Below, one piece after another: positions 1 to 10,303 of a stretch of 64,000 bases of DNA. The notes beneath the pieces are model-generated. The model made no database searches. It was not told where the DNA came from and saw only the letters and a list, made by a program, of their open reading frames with translations. Origin of the DNA: Thermoplasmata archaeon. Its GTDB lineage: Archaea; Thermoplasmatota; Thermoplasmata; Lutacidiplasmatales; UBA184. Every line of letters starts with the position of its first letter. Positions within the stretch are counted from its first letter, which is position 1. The position numbers were made by a program, and so were the translations under genes. The stretch is from assembly GCA_021817245.1 (NCBI GenBank), contig JAKAVQ010000006.1:66001-130000 (forward strand). Direction: 5' to 3'.

Positions 1-380
1 TCACGCTGATCGCCTACCACCAACCGATCCTGCAGAGCGTGCTCGTCCGCATGATCGGCGAGGTCGCGTACGAGGAGGTCCAGCACCTGCGCGGCCTCGG
101 GCTCGTACGCACCGACCCGAAAGGCGCGACGCTCGAGCTGACGACCACGCGCCGCTTTGCCGAATACTTCGGGATCGCTTCGAGCCGCCCGGAGGAGATC
201 CGCCGTTACCTCGAGCAGAAGCTCGGGGTCGCCCCGGGCGCGCCGCCCTCCCTCGACGCGGCAGCGGTTCCGCCGGGCAGTGCCTCCGCGCCCGCCTCGC
301 CCTCGCCGGAGGTCGACGAGTCCGCCCCAGCGCCCGCTCCGGCCGAGCCTGCGAGCGTCTCGGAGCCCCCCGCGGCGTAG
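1..380 (+). CDS. scpB: Segregation and condensation protein B (ScpB), C-terminal part; start lies outside the window
   Basis: Frame 3 reads TLIAYHQPILQSVLVRMIGEVAYEEVQHLRGLGLV... (ScpB winged-helix region) followed by a Pro/Ala/Ser-rich tail; ORF runs from the window edge to the stop at 380. Confidence 0.5.
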   Translation, partial: TLIAYHQPILQSVLVRMIGEVAYEEVQHLRGLGLVRTDPKGATLELTTTRRFAEYFGIASSRPEEIRRYLEQKLGVAPGAPPSLDAAAVPPGSASAPASPSPEVDESAPAPAPAEPASVSEPPAA

Positions 381-675
381 AGCGACCCCCTCGTACGGCG
401 GGCCCGCACGGCCCATCCCCCCGGACCGGGACCGAGAGGCGAGGGGTCCTCCTCGATCTCGGGACGGGTCCCCCCCGGCCGGGTAGTGGGAACCGACTCC
501 GGGACCCGGGTCTCGGCCCTGGCGGGAAAACACGGTCCGGGCCTTGCGCTCCGGCTCCCGTGGCCTCGCCCGTCCCTGGAATGGGACCGGCCCCCCGATA
601 CCGCGAACTCCGACCGGATAACCCACGGAGCGCCGCGAGGGAGAGGACCCTGCCTTCGGGTCGGCGCGCGGGAAG

Positions 676-3036
676 CTACGGGGCCCCGCAGCCGGGGCAC
701 CGTCCGGCTTCCGCGGGTCGCACAGCGCCACAATACGGGCAGAGAAAGGTAGCGCCCGGATAGATTCCCCCCTGGACCCCGGGCCCGTACGGCGCCCCGG
801 GAAGCCCGTGAACGCCGGCAGGGATCATCGAGGGTCCCGTCCGGCGCGAGGGCCGCAGCATGAGGACGATCAGAACGATCCCCGCCACAAGGCCAACGCC
901 GAAGATCGCGAAGATCACCAGCCACGGCACCGAGGGAGACGGCGTCGACGCGGGGACCGGCAGCCCCGGGATCGGCCCGACGTACTGGTAGCTGCGGACG
1001 GTCGCGTTCTCGTCCGCCGCCAGGAAGAGGGGGGCGTCGATCCCGCCCCAGCCCGTGAGCGGATCCCAGCCCGGGGAGGCCGAGAAGACGTAGTTGTGAC
1101 CGGTCGTGACGCCGAGGAACGGATCCCGGGCCGGATCCGGGAAGGCGGCGTAATAGCTCGCGATCCGGTAGATCTCGGGATCCAGGAACCCGAGCGGTGC
1201 CCAGTCGGTGGCGTTGCGCGCGCTCTCTACGGCGATCACGTCGGCCAGCAGTCCCGCGAGCACCGGGCTCGCGATGCTCGTCCCTTCCAGGACCGCGAAG
1301 AAGATCGTGCCGGTCGCGTTTGCGAGGACGGTGGCGATCGTGCTGTTGCCGGCCATGGCGAGGTCCGGCTCGGCCCGGCCGAGGCTGGAAGCGCCCTGGA
1401 GGGCCGTGGCGTTGACGATCGCCGGCTGCGCCGCCGAGTGGAGCTGCCAGTACGGCTCCGGCGTCACCGTGCTCGCCCCCCCCTCGGTGCCCGCGATCGT
1501 CGAGGCACCGGGCGGTGCGTCGTACCAGGCCGTCTGCCCCGCGATCCCGGTCACGTTCGAGTCAAAGCTGAGGTTCAACGAGTTGTTGCCGTAGAAGCCG
1601 GTGGGAGAACCGCCCAGGGAGAGACTGACGCCCCCCACGGCGATCGGTCCCGAGACGTTCGTTGCGGCGGTCCCGGGCCACGTCGGCCAGGGACCGGTGC
1701 CCCGTCCGGTGAGCGAATCCGGTGCGTTCCCCTGGTCTCCGCTCGCGATCGTCACCGTTACCCCCATCGCCGATGCTTCGAGCAGGTCCGCGTTCCAGAG
1801 CGAGTTGTTGAGGTCGGGAAGTCCGAACGAGCCGGTCACCACGCCGAGGTGCTCGGGGGAGTAGTTCTGAGCGAGCGCGGAGGAGAGCGTAGCGGCGAAG
1901 TACCCCGCGATGGACTGGGCGTTCGGCGCCTGGGCCAAGAGGCTCCCTGCGAAGTAGAAGTTGTAGACCGACGCCCCGGGGGCGAGGCTTCCTGCCATCT
2001 CGAGGTCGAGGGAGTTCTCGAACTCGTCGAGGGTCGAGTCGTTCAGGCTCCCGAACGGGCCCGGAGGAGGCGGCGTCACCGTGCCGATCGTTACGGGGAC
2101 CCCGTGGATCGAGGGAGCGGGCCAGTTCGTCGGGAAGGTGGCGTTAAAGTAGGCGTCCACGACCGCCGGGTCGAACGCGGGGAGGTCCTGCTGCAGCGTT
2201 GTGTTGTACCCCCCGGCGAGCAGCGTCGCGATGGCGACGCCGGTCGGGAACGTCGCGTTCGCGACCGAGCCGCCCGGAAAGAGATCGGTCGCGTTGTAGG
2301 CCTGGGTGTAGTCGCTGCCGACGAACCAGTCCGACTGGGTCCGGTTGTCGTGGACGAACGAGGGTGCCGAGGCCAGCTGGCGGACGGGGCGGAGCGCGGA
2401 GGCCCGGAGATTGAACGAGAGCCGTCCCGACCCAAGGTCGCTGAGGCCGTTCACGGCGGCCACCGTCCCCGCAAGACCGCGCGGAAGTCTCGGGGTCCCG
2501 GTCGACGTGTAGAGCGGGACCGATCTTGCGTGCGCGAGGGCGACCAGGTGCACCCCGAGCAGCGCTTCGACCGCGCCGGTAGACATCGTGGCGAGGACCC
2601 CATTGCGGTCCGCGGTGACGGTGACGGAGGTGGCGCCTGCGGCCCGGAGCGCCTGGGTGACGACGGCGACCGACGCCGGGGAGGGGGCGTACTCGTGCTC
2701 GTACTCGGCCTGGGTCAAGAAGTGCCGGTACAGAGGAGACGCCGGGTCGTTGACCGATGCGACGAACCGGGCGAGCGCCGAAGGATCCCGTGGGGTCAGG
2801 GTGAAGCTCAGGTCGAGCGGATACGACGCGGCCAGGGGAGTCACGGAGGCCCCGGCGGGGATCGGGAGTGCGTCCGTTGTCATTGGGCCCGTGGCCAAGG
2901 CGACCGCGACCGGGGCGCGGCCGACCGGGCCCGTCGAAGTGGTCGTGACCAGACCCCCGGCCCAGGCTCCGGTGACCACGACGGAGACGAGGAGGACTGC
3001 GAGTGCACGGCGATCGCGAGCTCGACGAGCACTCAT
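676..3036 (-). CDS. Secreted sedolisin/S53-family serine peptidase (pro-kumamolisin-like) with C-terminal TM anchor and Cys4 zinc-ribbon tail
   Basis: 786 aa; N-terminal signal/TM (ALAVLLVSVVVTG); GTSIASP serine motif; many N-x-S/T sequons; C-terminal TM helix then CPYCG...CPGCG. Confidence 0.65.
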   Translation of the reverse strand: MSARRARDRRALAVLLVSVVVTGAWAGGLVTTTSTGPVGRAPVAVALATGPMTTDALPIPAGASVTPLAASYPLDLSFTLTPRDPSALARFVASVNDPASPLYRHFLTQAEYEHEYAPSPASVAVVTQALRAAGATSVTVTADRNGVLATMSTGAVEALLGVHLVALAHARSVPLYTSTGTPRLPRGLAGTVAAVNGLSDLGSGRLSFNLRASALRPVRQLASAPSFVHDNRTQSDWFVGSDYTQAYNATDLFPGGSVANATFPTGVAIATLLAGGYNTTLQQDLPAFDPAVVDAYFNATFPTNWPAPSIHGVPVTIGTVTPPPPGPFGSLNDSTLDEFENSLDLEMAGSLAPGASVYNFYFAGSLLAQAPNAQSIAGYFAATLSSALAQNYSPEHLGVVTGSFGLPDLNNSLWNADLLEASAMGVTVTIASGDQGNAPDSLTGRGTGPWPTWPGTAATNVSGPIAVGGVSLSLGGSPTGFYGNNSLNLSFDSNVTGIAGQTAWYDAPPGASTIAGTEGGASTVTPEPYWQLHSAAQPAIVNATALQGASSLGRAEPDLAMAGNSTIATVLANATGTIFFAVLEGTSIASPVLAGLLADVIAVESARNATDWAPLGFLDPEIYRIASYYAAFPDPARDPFLGVTTGHNYVFSASPGWDPLTGWGGIDAPLFLAADENATVRSYQYVGPIPGLPVPASTPSPSVPWLVIFAIFGVGLVAGIVLIVLMLRPSRRTGPSMIPAGVHGLPGAPYGPGVQGGIYPGATFLCPYCGAVRPAEAGRCPGCGAP

Positions 3037-3124
3037 GCGCCGGTCCAGAGACGGCCCCCTCTTAATGAGGGTGCGGTCCCGGGGCTCGGGAAATCTTTAG
3101 TCACGGCGGCGTCTCCGAGGGAGG

Positions 3125-3550
3125 ATGGCGATCCCGGACGGCGGGAAGGTCACCGCGTGCGTCTTCTGCGATATCGTGGCCCGCCGCGCCCCGGCGTGGA
3201 TCGTCTACGAGGACGCAACGACGCTGGCGTTCCTCGACATCTTCCCCTTCACCCGGGGGCACCAGCTCGTGATCCCGAAACGACACGGAGCGCGCCTGAC
3301 CGACCTTCCCTTCGATGACCAGATGGCGCTGATCCGTTCGCTTGACGAGGTCTGCCGACGGTCCGAACGGCTCTCCGCGGATTACAACGTCGCGCTGAAC
3401 GCCGGCGCGCGGGCCGGCCAGATCGTCTTCCACGTCCACTTTCACGTGATTCCCCGCTACGGCGAAGCGAACCCGTTCCGGTCGACCTCGCGCGCCCCGC
3501 TGGCCGAAGCGGAAGCCCGGTCGTTGGTCGCCGAGCTCTCCCGGACGTGA
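3125..3550 (+). CDS. HIT (histidine triad) family protein
   Basis: 141 aa; FCDIV...GHQLVIPKRH...HVHFHVIPR histidine-triad motif. Confidence 0.8.
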   Translation: MAIPDGGKVTACVFCDIVARRAPAWIVYEDATTLAFLDIFPFTRGHQLVIPKRHGARLTDLPFDDQMALIRSLDEVCRRSERLSADYNVALNAGARAGQIVFHVHFHVIPRYGEANPFRSTSRAPLAEAEARSLVAELSRT

Positions 3551-3557
3551 CCCGACC

Positions 3558-4421
3558 GTGGAGCGCTCGTTCCGGCCCCCGGCGGTCGCGGGCCAGTTCT
3601 ACGAGCGGGACGGGGCCTCGCTCGCCCATCAGGTCGAGCAGTGTTTCCGGGACCCTCGGGGCCCGGGTGGGATCCCGCCTCCGCATCGCGCTTCCGACCG
3701 GCGGGTGCGCGGCGCGGTCGTGCCGCACGCGGGGTACGTGTACTCCGGCCCCATCGCGGCCCACGCGTTCTACCACATCGCGGCGGAGCGTCCTCCCGAG
3801 TCGGTGCTCGTTCTCGGCGTCGACCATCGTGGCACCTCCCGGGGAGCCGCGCTCTCGGATCGCCCCTGGCTGACCCCGCTCGGCCCGACCGCGGTCGACC
3901 ATGACCTCGTCCGCGCGCTCGCACGGGGCCCGATCGAGGTCGACGAAGAGGCCCACCGCGGGGAGCATTCGATCGAGGTCGAGCTGCCGTTCCTCGAGTA
4001 CGTCCTGCCGAAGCCGAAGTTCGTGGCGCTGATGGTCGCCCACGGACCCCTCGAGCTCCTCGAGGAGGTCGGCCGGATCGTCCGCGACGCCGTCGGCGAG
4101 CGCGACGTGCTCCTCCTCGCGTCGACGGACTTCTCCCACTACGTTCCGGCGCCCACGGCGGACCGTCTCGATCATCTTGCGATCGATGCGATCCTCTCCC
4201 GCGACCCCGGCCGTCTCTACCGGACGGTGGCGCGGGAGCAGATCTCGATGTGCGGGATCGCTCCGACCACCGTGCTCCTCGCGGCGACGCGGGAGGAACC
4301 CCTCTCGGCCCGCCTCCTCCGATGGGGCCATTCGGGCGAGGCCGCTCCGATGGGCGAGGTCGTCGGCTACGCCTCGCTCCTCCTCGAGGACGTGCGCGGG
4401 GGTCCGCCCGCCCTTAAATAG
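3558..4421 (+). CDS. AmmeMemoRadiSam system protein B (MEMO1-like)
   Basis: 287 aa; QFYE...VVPHAGYVYSGPIAAHAFY...DFSHY pattern of the Memo family. Confidence 0.7.
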   Translation: MERSFRPPAVAGQFYERDGASLAHQVEQCFRDPRGPGGIPPPHRASDRRVRGAVVPHAGYVYSGPIAAHAFYHIAAERPPESVLVLGVDHRGTSRGAALSDRPWLTPLGPTAVDHDLVRALARGPIEVDEEAHRGEHSIEVELPFLEYVLPKPKFVALMVAHGPLELLEEVGRIVRDAVGERDVLLLASTDFSHYVPAPTADRLDHLAIDAILSRDPGRLYRTVAREQISMCGIAPTTVLLAATREEPLSARLLRWGHSGEAAPMGEVVGYASLLLEDVRGGPPALK

Positions 4422-4450
4422 GGAGGGGCGCTCGGCGCGCCCGTCCCGGC

Positions 4451-5026
4451 ATGATCCTCTCGGATAGCCGCATCCGCGCCGCGATGGCCGAGGGCCGGAT
4501 CGTAGTCCGTCCGTTCCGTGACGACTGCTTGGGCACGAACTCGTACGACGTGCACCTCGGGCCGTACATCTCGGTGTACCGGACCGCTGCGCTCGACGCC
4601 CGTCGGCCGAACCCGGTCGAGGAGTTCCGCATCCCGAAGGAGGGGTTTGTGCTGGTCCCCGGCCAGCTCTACCTCGGAGTGACCGAGGAGTACACCGAGA
4701 CGCACGGCTACGTGCCCTTCCTCGAGGGGAAATCGAGCGTCGGCCGTCTCGGCATCGACATCCACTCGACGGCCGGTAAAGGGGACGAGGGCTTCTGCAA
4801 CTACTGGACGCTCGAAATGAGCGTCAAGCTGCCGGTCCGAATCTACGCCGGGATGCCGGTGGGGCAGCTGATCTACTTCGAGATCTCGGGGGAGGTCGCG
4901 CGCAGCTACGGAGCGAAGCGTTCGGCGAAGTACCGTCGGGTCTCGCCACACCCGACCCCGTCGCGCATGTACCTCAACTTCCCGGCCCCCCGCTCCCGCC
5001 GCCGCCGCGGTCCTCGGAGCCCCTGA
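4451..5026 (+). CDS. dcd: dCTP deaminase
   Basis: 191 aa; MILSDSRIRAAMAEGRIVVRPF...GTNSYDVHLG...EGKSSVGRLGIDIH dUTPase-fold dCTP deaminase signature. Confidence 0.8.
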   Translation: MILSDSRIRAAMAEGRIVVRPFRDDCLGTNSYDVHLGPYISVYRTAALDARRPNPVEEFRIPKEGFVLVPGQLYLGVTEEYTETHGYVPFLEGKSSVGRLGIDIHSTAGKGDEGFCNYWTLEMSVKLPVRIYAGMPVGQLIYFEISGEVARSYGAKRSAKYRRVSPHPTPSRMYLNFPAPRSRRRRGPRSP

Positions 5027-5047
5027 CCGGGACGGCCGATCCGTGGC

Positions 5048-7948
5048 CTAGGAGGACGGGCCGGCGCCCGGCTTTACAAGGTAGAACGCGGGACGCCCCG
5101 GCCGCGCTCGCTCCCGGCGCCCCAGCGGGTCGCGGGAGGCCGCCTCTGCCTCGCGGAGTACGGAGACCGCGCGGAACCCGAACCGGGCGGCCAGGTACCC
5201 CTCCGCCGCCCGCAGGGTCCCGACCTCGTCGACCGCGGGTCCTTCCAACGGCGGCTCGGAGCGCAGGAGCGGGCCGATCCGTTGAACGTAGCGGGCCACC
5301 TCGGACCGGTGCGCGGCGACCTCGGGATCGGTCGTTCCCCGCTCGAGGATCGCTCGGATCGAGGGCGACTCGCCGCGCTCGACGGCCTCCCGCATCCACC
5401 GTTCGACATTCGACTTCCACGGCTCGGCGACATAGAAGAGCACCTCTTCGGGCACCCGCTCGCCCCGATCGGTGGCGAGTCGGACGACCGACCTTAGGTC
5501 GTCCTCGACGCGCTCGAGGTAGGCTTCGCGGGCCTCCGCGACCGGAGAGAGGGGGAAGTCCTCGGGCGACGGGAGCGGCTGGACCGCGACGAGCCCACCG
5601 AACCGGCCGGCCCCAAGCTCCTCCGCCAGATGTGGGACGATCGGAGCGACGAGTCGGAGCCACGCCGACCCGACACGGTCGCTCGCGCCCCCGGGCGTCC
5701 CGCCGCGGGCGTAGTACCGCTTGAGGAGCGTGGGAAGCGCGACGCACGTAAGCTCGGAGGCGCCGCGGAGGTCGCTCGCCGCGTACGCCGAGCGCACGTC
5801 GCCGATCAACCGGTGCATGCGGGAGGCGAGCCAGGCATCCAGTTCAGGGGGGCCCTCTCCATCGCCGCGACTCTCTCGGATCATGCGCTCGACCTCGTTC
5901 AGTCGGTCGCGCGCCGCGTCGACGAGCCCGGGGTCCCACGCCGCGTCGTGGGCCGGGGACGTCGCGATGAGGTAGTAGAGGCGGAGCGGGTCCGGCCCCC
6001 ACTCGGTGAGCGCCGCCTCGATCGAAGGGATCCGCCCCCCCTTCGCGCCGACGTCCTTCTTCGAGAGCTTGTCGCCCGCGGGTCCGGTGATCCAGTTGTG
6101 CACGAAGATCCCCTTCGGTCGGAGCTCCTCGGGAAGGAGCTTCGCGTGGGTGTAGAGGAAGACCGGGAAGTGGACCCGCTTGTGCTCCTTCCCACCGAGG
6201 TTGAGGTCGAGGGGATACCAGTACAGGAATTCCTCGCGGACCTCCTGCTGGAGCCGTCGGTCGACCGTCGGCTCACCCTCCCCGGAGCCGCGAAAGACGT
6301 AGTCGAAGAACGCCTCGCTGAGCTGTTCGGTCTTCAGGCGCCCGGTGCTGACGAACCGCCGGACGACGAAGTACGCCATGTAGAACGTGGAGTCGGCGAT
6401 CGGCTCGATGGTCCAGTCCGGGTCGAACGGGAACGGAGTGCCGAGCCACCGACCGCGGCGCGTGCACGGCCGGTCGTCATACCAGTCCAGGATCCCGGAG
6501 AGCTCGGCTCCGTACTCGGGGGGGACCGTGGTGAGCCGCTCGGCGAGCCCAAGGGTCGCTCGCTTCCAGTCCGGGTCTCCGTAGTGGAGGAACCACTGGT
6601 CCGGAACGCGGCGGATCACCACTTCGTGGCCATTGCGGCAGATCACGGGGATCGAGAACTCCTGGAGCTCGAACCCCCGCCCCTCCTTCGTGAGCTCGGA
6701 TGCGACCCTCTCCCGCGCCTCCCGGACCGGGACGCCCGAAAGCGGGGGGACGTTCATCCGGCCCCGCACGAACTCGAGGCGGTAGAGTCGCTCGGTCGCC
6801 GCAGCGAGCTGCTCGCGGTCGGCAAGTCTCATTACGCCGGTCGCCCGGAGCGCGCGCTCCGCGAGCGTGCCTTCCCCCGCCGTGAGCTCCCGCTCGGAGG
6901 GAGTGAGTCCCTCGGGCCGGGGGACCTCGATGAGGATCGGCGGAGGGCCAAGCTCCGCGCGCATCGGCTCCGGTAGCTCGGCGATCGCCGCGGCGTCGGC
7001 GGGCGCATGCGCCGGTACGCTCATCACGACCCCCGTGCCGATCGTGGGATCGACGAGCGGGCTCTCGAGCACCGGTACCGAAACCTCGCGCAGCGGGACC
7101 CGAACGCGCCGACCGACGATCTCGGCGGCCGGGACCTCGTGGCCGAGTCGGCCCCCGTGCTGCTCGACCAGGTGCTCCGCCCCCTTTCGCCCGACGAGGT
7201 AGGCGCGCTCTCCGTGATGCCAAACCACGAGCGTAGCGCCGGGCGCGACCCACAGGTTGGTCACGCCGTAGACCGTCTCGGGGCGCAGGGTCGCGGTGAG
7301 CAGCGCTCGGCCGTCCTCGAGCGGGAAGGCGACCGCGGTGTAACGCAGCGTTTCCGCGGTCCCGCCCGTGGAGAGGTCGGTCTCGGAGGGATCGACGGCG
7401 ACCGGTCCGCAGACCGGGCAGACCGGTGAGTAGTGAGTCCCCTGCACGAGGGCTCCTGCTGCGCGGAGGGCGTGGAACTGCCACCGCACGAACGCGCGGT
7501 AGTCCTCGTCGATGGTGGTGACGTACGTCGATTCGTCGACCAGCGCGCCGATCGAGCGCAGCACGCGCCGGTACGATTCGCCGAGGAAGCGGGCCGCCGC
7601 CTCGGGCTCTTCGAGGGCGGGCCAGTCCGAGGAAGGGACGTGCTCGATCTCGAGCAGGTGCACGGTCGTCGGGTCCCGGTCGCGCACCTTCCGCGAAAAG
7701 GTCACCGCCGGTATGCCGGAGGCGTGGACGCCGAACGGAAAGAGGACCTCCTGGCCGAGCATCCGGTGGTATCGGTGGAGGGCATCCGCGTACACGAGGG
7801 CGAGCAGATGGCCGACGTGGAAGAACCCGCTCGTGCCCGGATAGGCGACGAGCGCGAAGTACTTCTCCCGGCCGGGCACCCGGTGCCCGCTCGCGAGGCC
7901 GGCCTTCGCCCAGGCCTCTTGCCAGTGACGGGCCCTCGCGGGATCCAT
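5048..7948 (-). CDS. leuS: Leucine--tRNA ligase (archaeal type)
   Basis: Class-I aaRS HVGH (FFHVGHLLA) and KMSKS-like (KLSKKDVGAKGGRIPSIEAA) motifs; about 966 aa from the internal Met at 7948 (the ORF extends to 8035). Confidence 0.9.
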   Translation of the reverse strand: MDPARARHWQEAWAKAGLASGHRVPGREKYFALVAYPGTSGFFHVGHLLALVYADALHRYHRMLGQEVLFPFGVHASGIPAVTFSRKVRDRDPTTVHLLEIEHVPSSDWPALEEPEAAARFLGESYRRVLRSIGALVDESTYVTTIDEDYRAFVRWQFHALRAAGALVQGTHYSPVCPVCGPVAVDPSETDLSTGGTAETLRYTAVAFPLEDGRALLTATLRPETVYGVTNLWVAPGATLVVWHHGERAYLVGRKGAEHLVEQHGGRLGHEVPAAEIVGRRVRVPLREVSVPVLESPLVDPTIGTGVVMSVPAHAPADAAAIAELPEPMRAELGPPPILIEVPRPEGLTPSERELTAGEGTLAERALRATGVMRLADREQLAAATERLYRLEFVRGRMNVPPLSGVPVREARERVASELTKEGRGFELQEFSIPVICRNGHEVVIRRVPDQWFLHYGDPDWKRATLGLAERLTTVPPEYGAELSGILDWYDDRPCTRRGRWLGTPFPFDPDWTIEPIADSTFYMAYFVVRRFVSTGRLKTEQLSEAFFDYVFRGSGEGEPTVDRRLQQEVREEFLYWYPLDLNLGGKEHKRVHFPVFLYTHAKLLPEELRPKGIFVHNWITGPAGDKLSKKDVGAKGGRIPSIEAALTEWGPDPLRLYYLIATSPAHDAAWDPGLVDAARDRLNEVERMIRESRGDGEGPPELDAWLASRMHRLIGDVRSAYAASDLRGASELTCVALPTLLKRYYARGGTPGGASDRVGSAWLRLVAPIVPHLAEELGAGRFGGLVAVQPLPSPEDFPLSPVAEAREAYLERVEDDLRSVVRLATDRGERVPEEVLFYVAEPWKSNVERWMREAVERGESPSIRAILERGTTDPEVAAHRSEVARYVQRIGPLLRSEPPLEGPAVDEVGTLRAAEGYLAARFGFRAVSVLREAEAASRDPLGRRERARPGRPAFYLVKPGAGPSS

Positions 7949-8046
7949 GATCGGCGCTCGACGCGGCCGCCGTATTTGAGCCCGTTGCGCTGGCCGGCCG
8001 GACGGGGCGGAAACGCCAAGAGGCCCGGGCCCCACCGCCTTCCACG

Positions 8047-8676
8047 ATGCGGATCATCGAGGTCTTCCACTCAATCCAGGGAGAAGGTCCGTTCACCGGG
8101 TTCCGCACGACGTTCGTACGGACCGCGCGCTGCAACCTCCGCTGCGCCTGGTGCGACACCCCGTACTCCTTTGGGCCGGGGCGCGCCCGCTCGGTCGCGT
8201 CGATCGTCCGGGAGGTCGTGCGGAACCGCACCCGCCACGTCTGTCTCACCGGCGGCGAGCCCCTCCTCCAGGCGGAGTCGGTCGAGCTCCTGCGGGAGCT
8301 CGGACACCGGGGGGTGGAGAGCGTGGTCGAGACGGGCGGCTCGCTGGATGTCCGACCGTACCTCGAGCTTCCCCACGTCGCGCTGAGCGTCGACGTAAAG
8401 TGCCCCTCCTCCCGGATGGAGGACCGCAACCGCTGGACGAACCTCCCCCTCCTGCGGACCGGCGACATCGTGAAGTTCGTGATCGCGGACCGCACGGACT
8501 ATCTCTATGCGAAGCGCGTGCTCCGACGGTATCCTCTCGCGCCGACGATCGTATTTCAGCCGGTCTGGGGGACGGACGCGGGCCGTCTCGCGGACTGGGT
8601 GCTGCGCGACCACCTCGACGTGCGGGTTATGCTTCAGGAGCACAAGGTCCTCTGGGGCGACGTGCCCGGACGCTAG
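8047..8676 (+). CDS. queE: 7-carboxy-7-deazaguanine synthase (radical SAM)
   Basis: 209 aa; MRIIEVFHSIQGEGPFTG...CNLRCAWCDTPY radical-SAM CxxxCxxC. Confidence 0.85.
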   Translation: MRIIEVFHSIQGEGPFTGFRTTFVRTARCNLRCAWCDTPYSFGPGRARSVASIVREVVRNRTRHVCLTGGEPLLQAESVELLRELGHRGVESVVETGGSLDVRPYLELPHVALSVDVKCPSSRMEDRNRWTNLPLLRTGDIVKFVIADRTDYLYAKRVLRRYPLAPTIVFQPVWGTDAGRLADWVLRDHLDVRVMLQEHKVLWGDVPGR

Positions 8677-8741
8677 GGCGTGTCTCACGGCGGACCACCG
8701 GAAGCCTAAAGAGCCGCGTGTCTAGGTTCGGCCCCTCGACC

Positions 8742-9851
8742 ATGTCCGACGCTCGCACGCTCGCAACGGGGTGGATGCCGAGCGCGGAGAGCGTCTTCGG
8801 CAAGGCGAAGGGGATGGTCTTTCCCCGGATCGTGCTGGTCGGCCACGGGGTGATCGACGATCTCGCGCGCACCTGTCACCAGTTCGACTTTCCCCGGCGA
8901 GGGTTTGTCGTTACTGGACCGCGGACCGCCGAGCTCGCCGGCCACCGGGCGACCAAGATCCTCAACGAGGGCGGGTTCGAAGCCACCACCGTGATCGCTC
9001 ACGAGGCGACCGAAGCGGAGGTCGCTCGGGTCGAGAGCGAAGTGCGGGCCGGTGGAGGTCGGTTCGTGATCGGCGTTGGCGGGGGCAGCAAGATCGACGT
9101 GACCAAGGTCGTCGCGGCGCACCTCTCGATCCCGTTCGTGAGCCTCCCGACGTCGGCGGCGCACGACGGGATCTCCTCCCCCCGCGCGTCGCTGCACGGC
9201 GTGGGGAGCGCGACGAGCACCGAGGCCGCGGTCCCGATCGGTGTCATCGCCGACACCGAACTCATCGTCCAGGCACCGTTCCGTTTGCTCGCCTCGGGCT
9301 GCGCCGACGTCATCTCGAACCTCACCGCCGTTCTCGACTGGAAGCTCGCGGTCCGTCTGCGCAACGAGGAGTACTCGAGCACCGCCGCGACGCTGAGCGC
9401 GTACGCCGCCGAGGAGATCATGGAGCATGCGGACGCGATCAAACCGAACCTCGAGGAGTCCGTCTGGATCGCGATCCGGCCCATCCTCGTCGCAGGGATC
9501 GCGATGAGCGTGGCCGGTTCCTCCCGCCCCTGCTCGGGAAGCGAGCACCTCTTCAGCCACGCCCTCGATCGAGTTTCCGAGCATCCGAGCCTGCACGGCG
9601 AGCAGTGCGGCGTCGGAGCGATCATGATGATGTACCTGCACGGAGGCGACTGGCGCCGTCTCAAGGAGGCGCTGCTCGCGATCGGCGCACCCACGACCGC
9701 CCGCGAGCTCGGGGTCACCCCCGACGAGATCGTCCGGGCGCTCGTAATGGCCCACTCGATCCGACCGGACCGCTACACGATCCTCGGCGACAATGGGCTC
9801 ACCCAGCACGCGGCCGAACGGCTCGCGCGGGTGACCGGTGTGGTGGGGTGA
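8742..9851 (+). CDS. egsA: Glycerol-1-phosphate dehydrogenase [NAD(P)+] (archaeal lipid backbone)
   Basis: 369 aa from the ATG at 8742; GVGGGSKIDVTKV, SAAHDGISSPRASL, EHLFSHALD iron-ADH/G1PDH family motifs; archaeal hallmark. Confidence 0.85.
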   Translation: MSDARTLATGWMPSAESVFGKAKGMVFPRIVLVGHGVIDDLARTCHQFDFPRRGFVVTGPRTAELAGHRATKILNEGGFEATTVIAHEATEAEVARVESEVRAGGGRFVIGVGGGSKIDVTKVVAAHLSIPFVSLPTSAAHDGISSPRASLHGVGSATSTEAAVPIGVIADTELIVQAPFRLLASGCADVISNLTAVLDWKLAVRLRNEEYSSTAATLSAYAAEEIMEHADAIKPNLEESVWIAIRPILVAGIAMSVAGSSRPCSGSEHLFSHALDRVSEHPSLHGEQCGVGAIMMMYLHGGDWRRLKEALLAIGAPTTARELGVTPDEIVRALVMAHSIRPDRYTILGDNGLTQHAAERLARVTGVVG

Positions 9852-9860
9852 GCGGGACCG

Positions 9861-10289
9861 ATGGCCGAGATCACGTTGCTGTCGAAAGCGGAGGCACGCG
9901 AGGGATACGAGTTCGTCTACGAGGGGGGAGGCCCGGTGTGCCGGACCTGCCCGTACCGCCACGCCTGCCTTACGCTCGACCCCGGACGGCGGTACACCGT
10001 CGTGAAGGTCCGCTCGGTGGCGCACCCCTGCGCCCTCCAGGAGACCGAGGCGAACGTCGTCGAGGTGAAGGCCGTCCCGCGATCGCTCGTGGTCGACCAC
10101 CGCAGCGCGATCGTCGGGAGCTCGGTCGAGGTCGGACGGTATCCGTGCCGACGGCTGGACTGCCCGAACTGGTGGGACTGCGCCGGCCCATCGCTCCCCG
10201 CGAAGCAGCGATACCGGATCGGCGCGGTCACTCCCGGCACGGCCGAGTGCCGGATCGGCCGAACGTTGAAACGGGTCGAGGCCGTCTAG
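9861..10289 (+). CDS. UPF0179-family archaeal protein
   Basis: 142 aa; Cys-rich conserved archaeal protein (CRTCPYRHAC...PCAL...CPNWWDC). Confidence 0.7.
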   Translation: MAEITLLSKAEAREGYEFVYEGGGPVCRTCPYRHACLTLDPGRRYTVVKVRSVAHPCALQETEANVVEVKAVPRSLVVDHRSAIVGSSVEVGRYPCRRLDCPNWWDCAGPSLPAKQRYRIGAVTPGTAECRIGRTLKRVEAV

Positions 10290-10303
10290 TCCGACCGCGA
10301 TGC

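Noticed and set aside
808-3318. 836-aa ORF on the plus strand
   Set aside because: Antisense to the well-supported S53 peptidase gene. Arg/Gly/Pro-rich low-complexity translation typical of spurious open frames in ~70% GC DNA.
6477-8495. 672-aa ORF on the minus strand
   Set aside because: Alternative frame and antisense overlap of leuS and queE. Composition is R/P/G-rich with no motifs.
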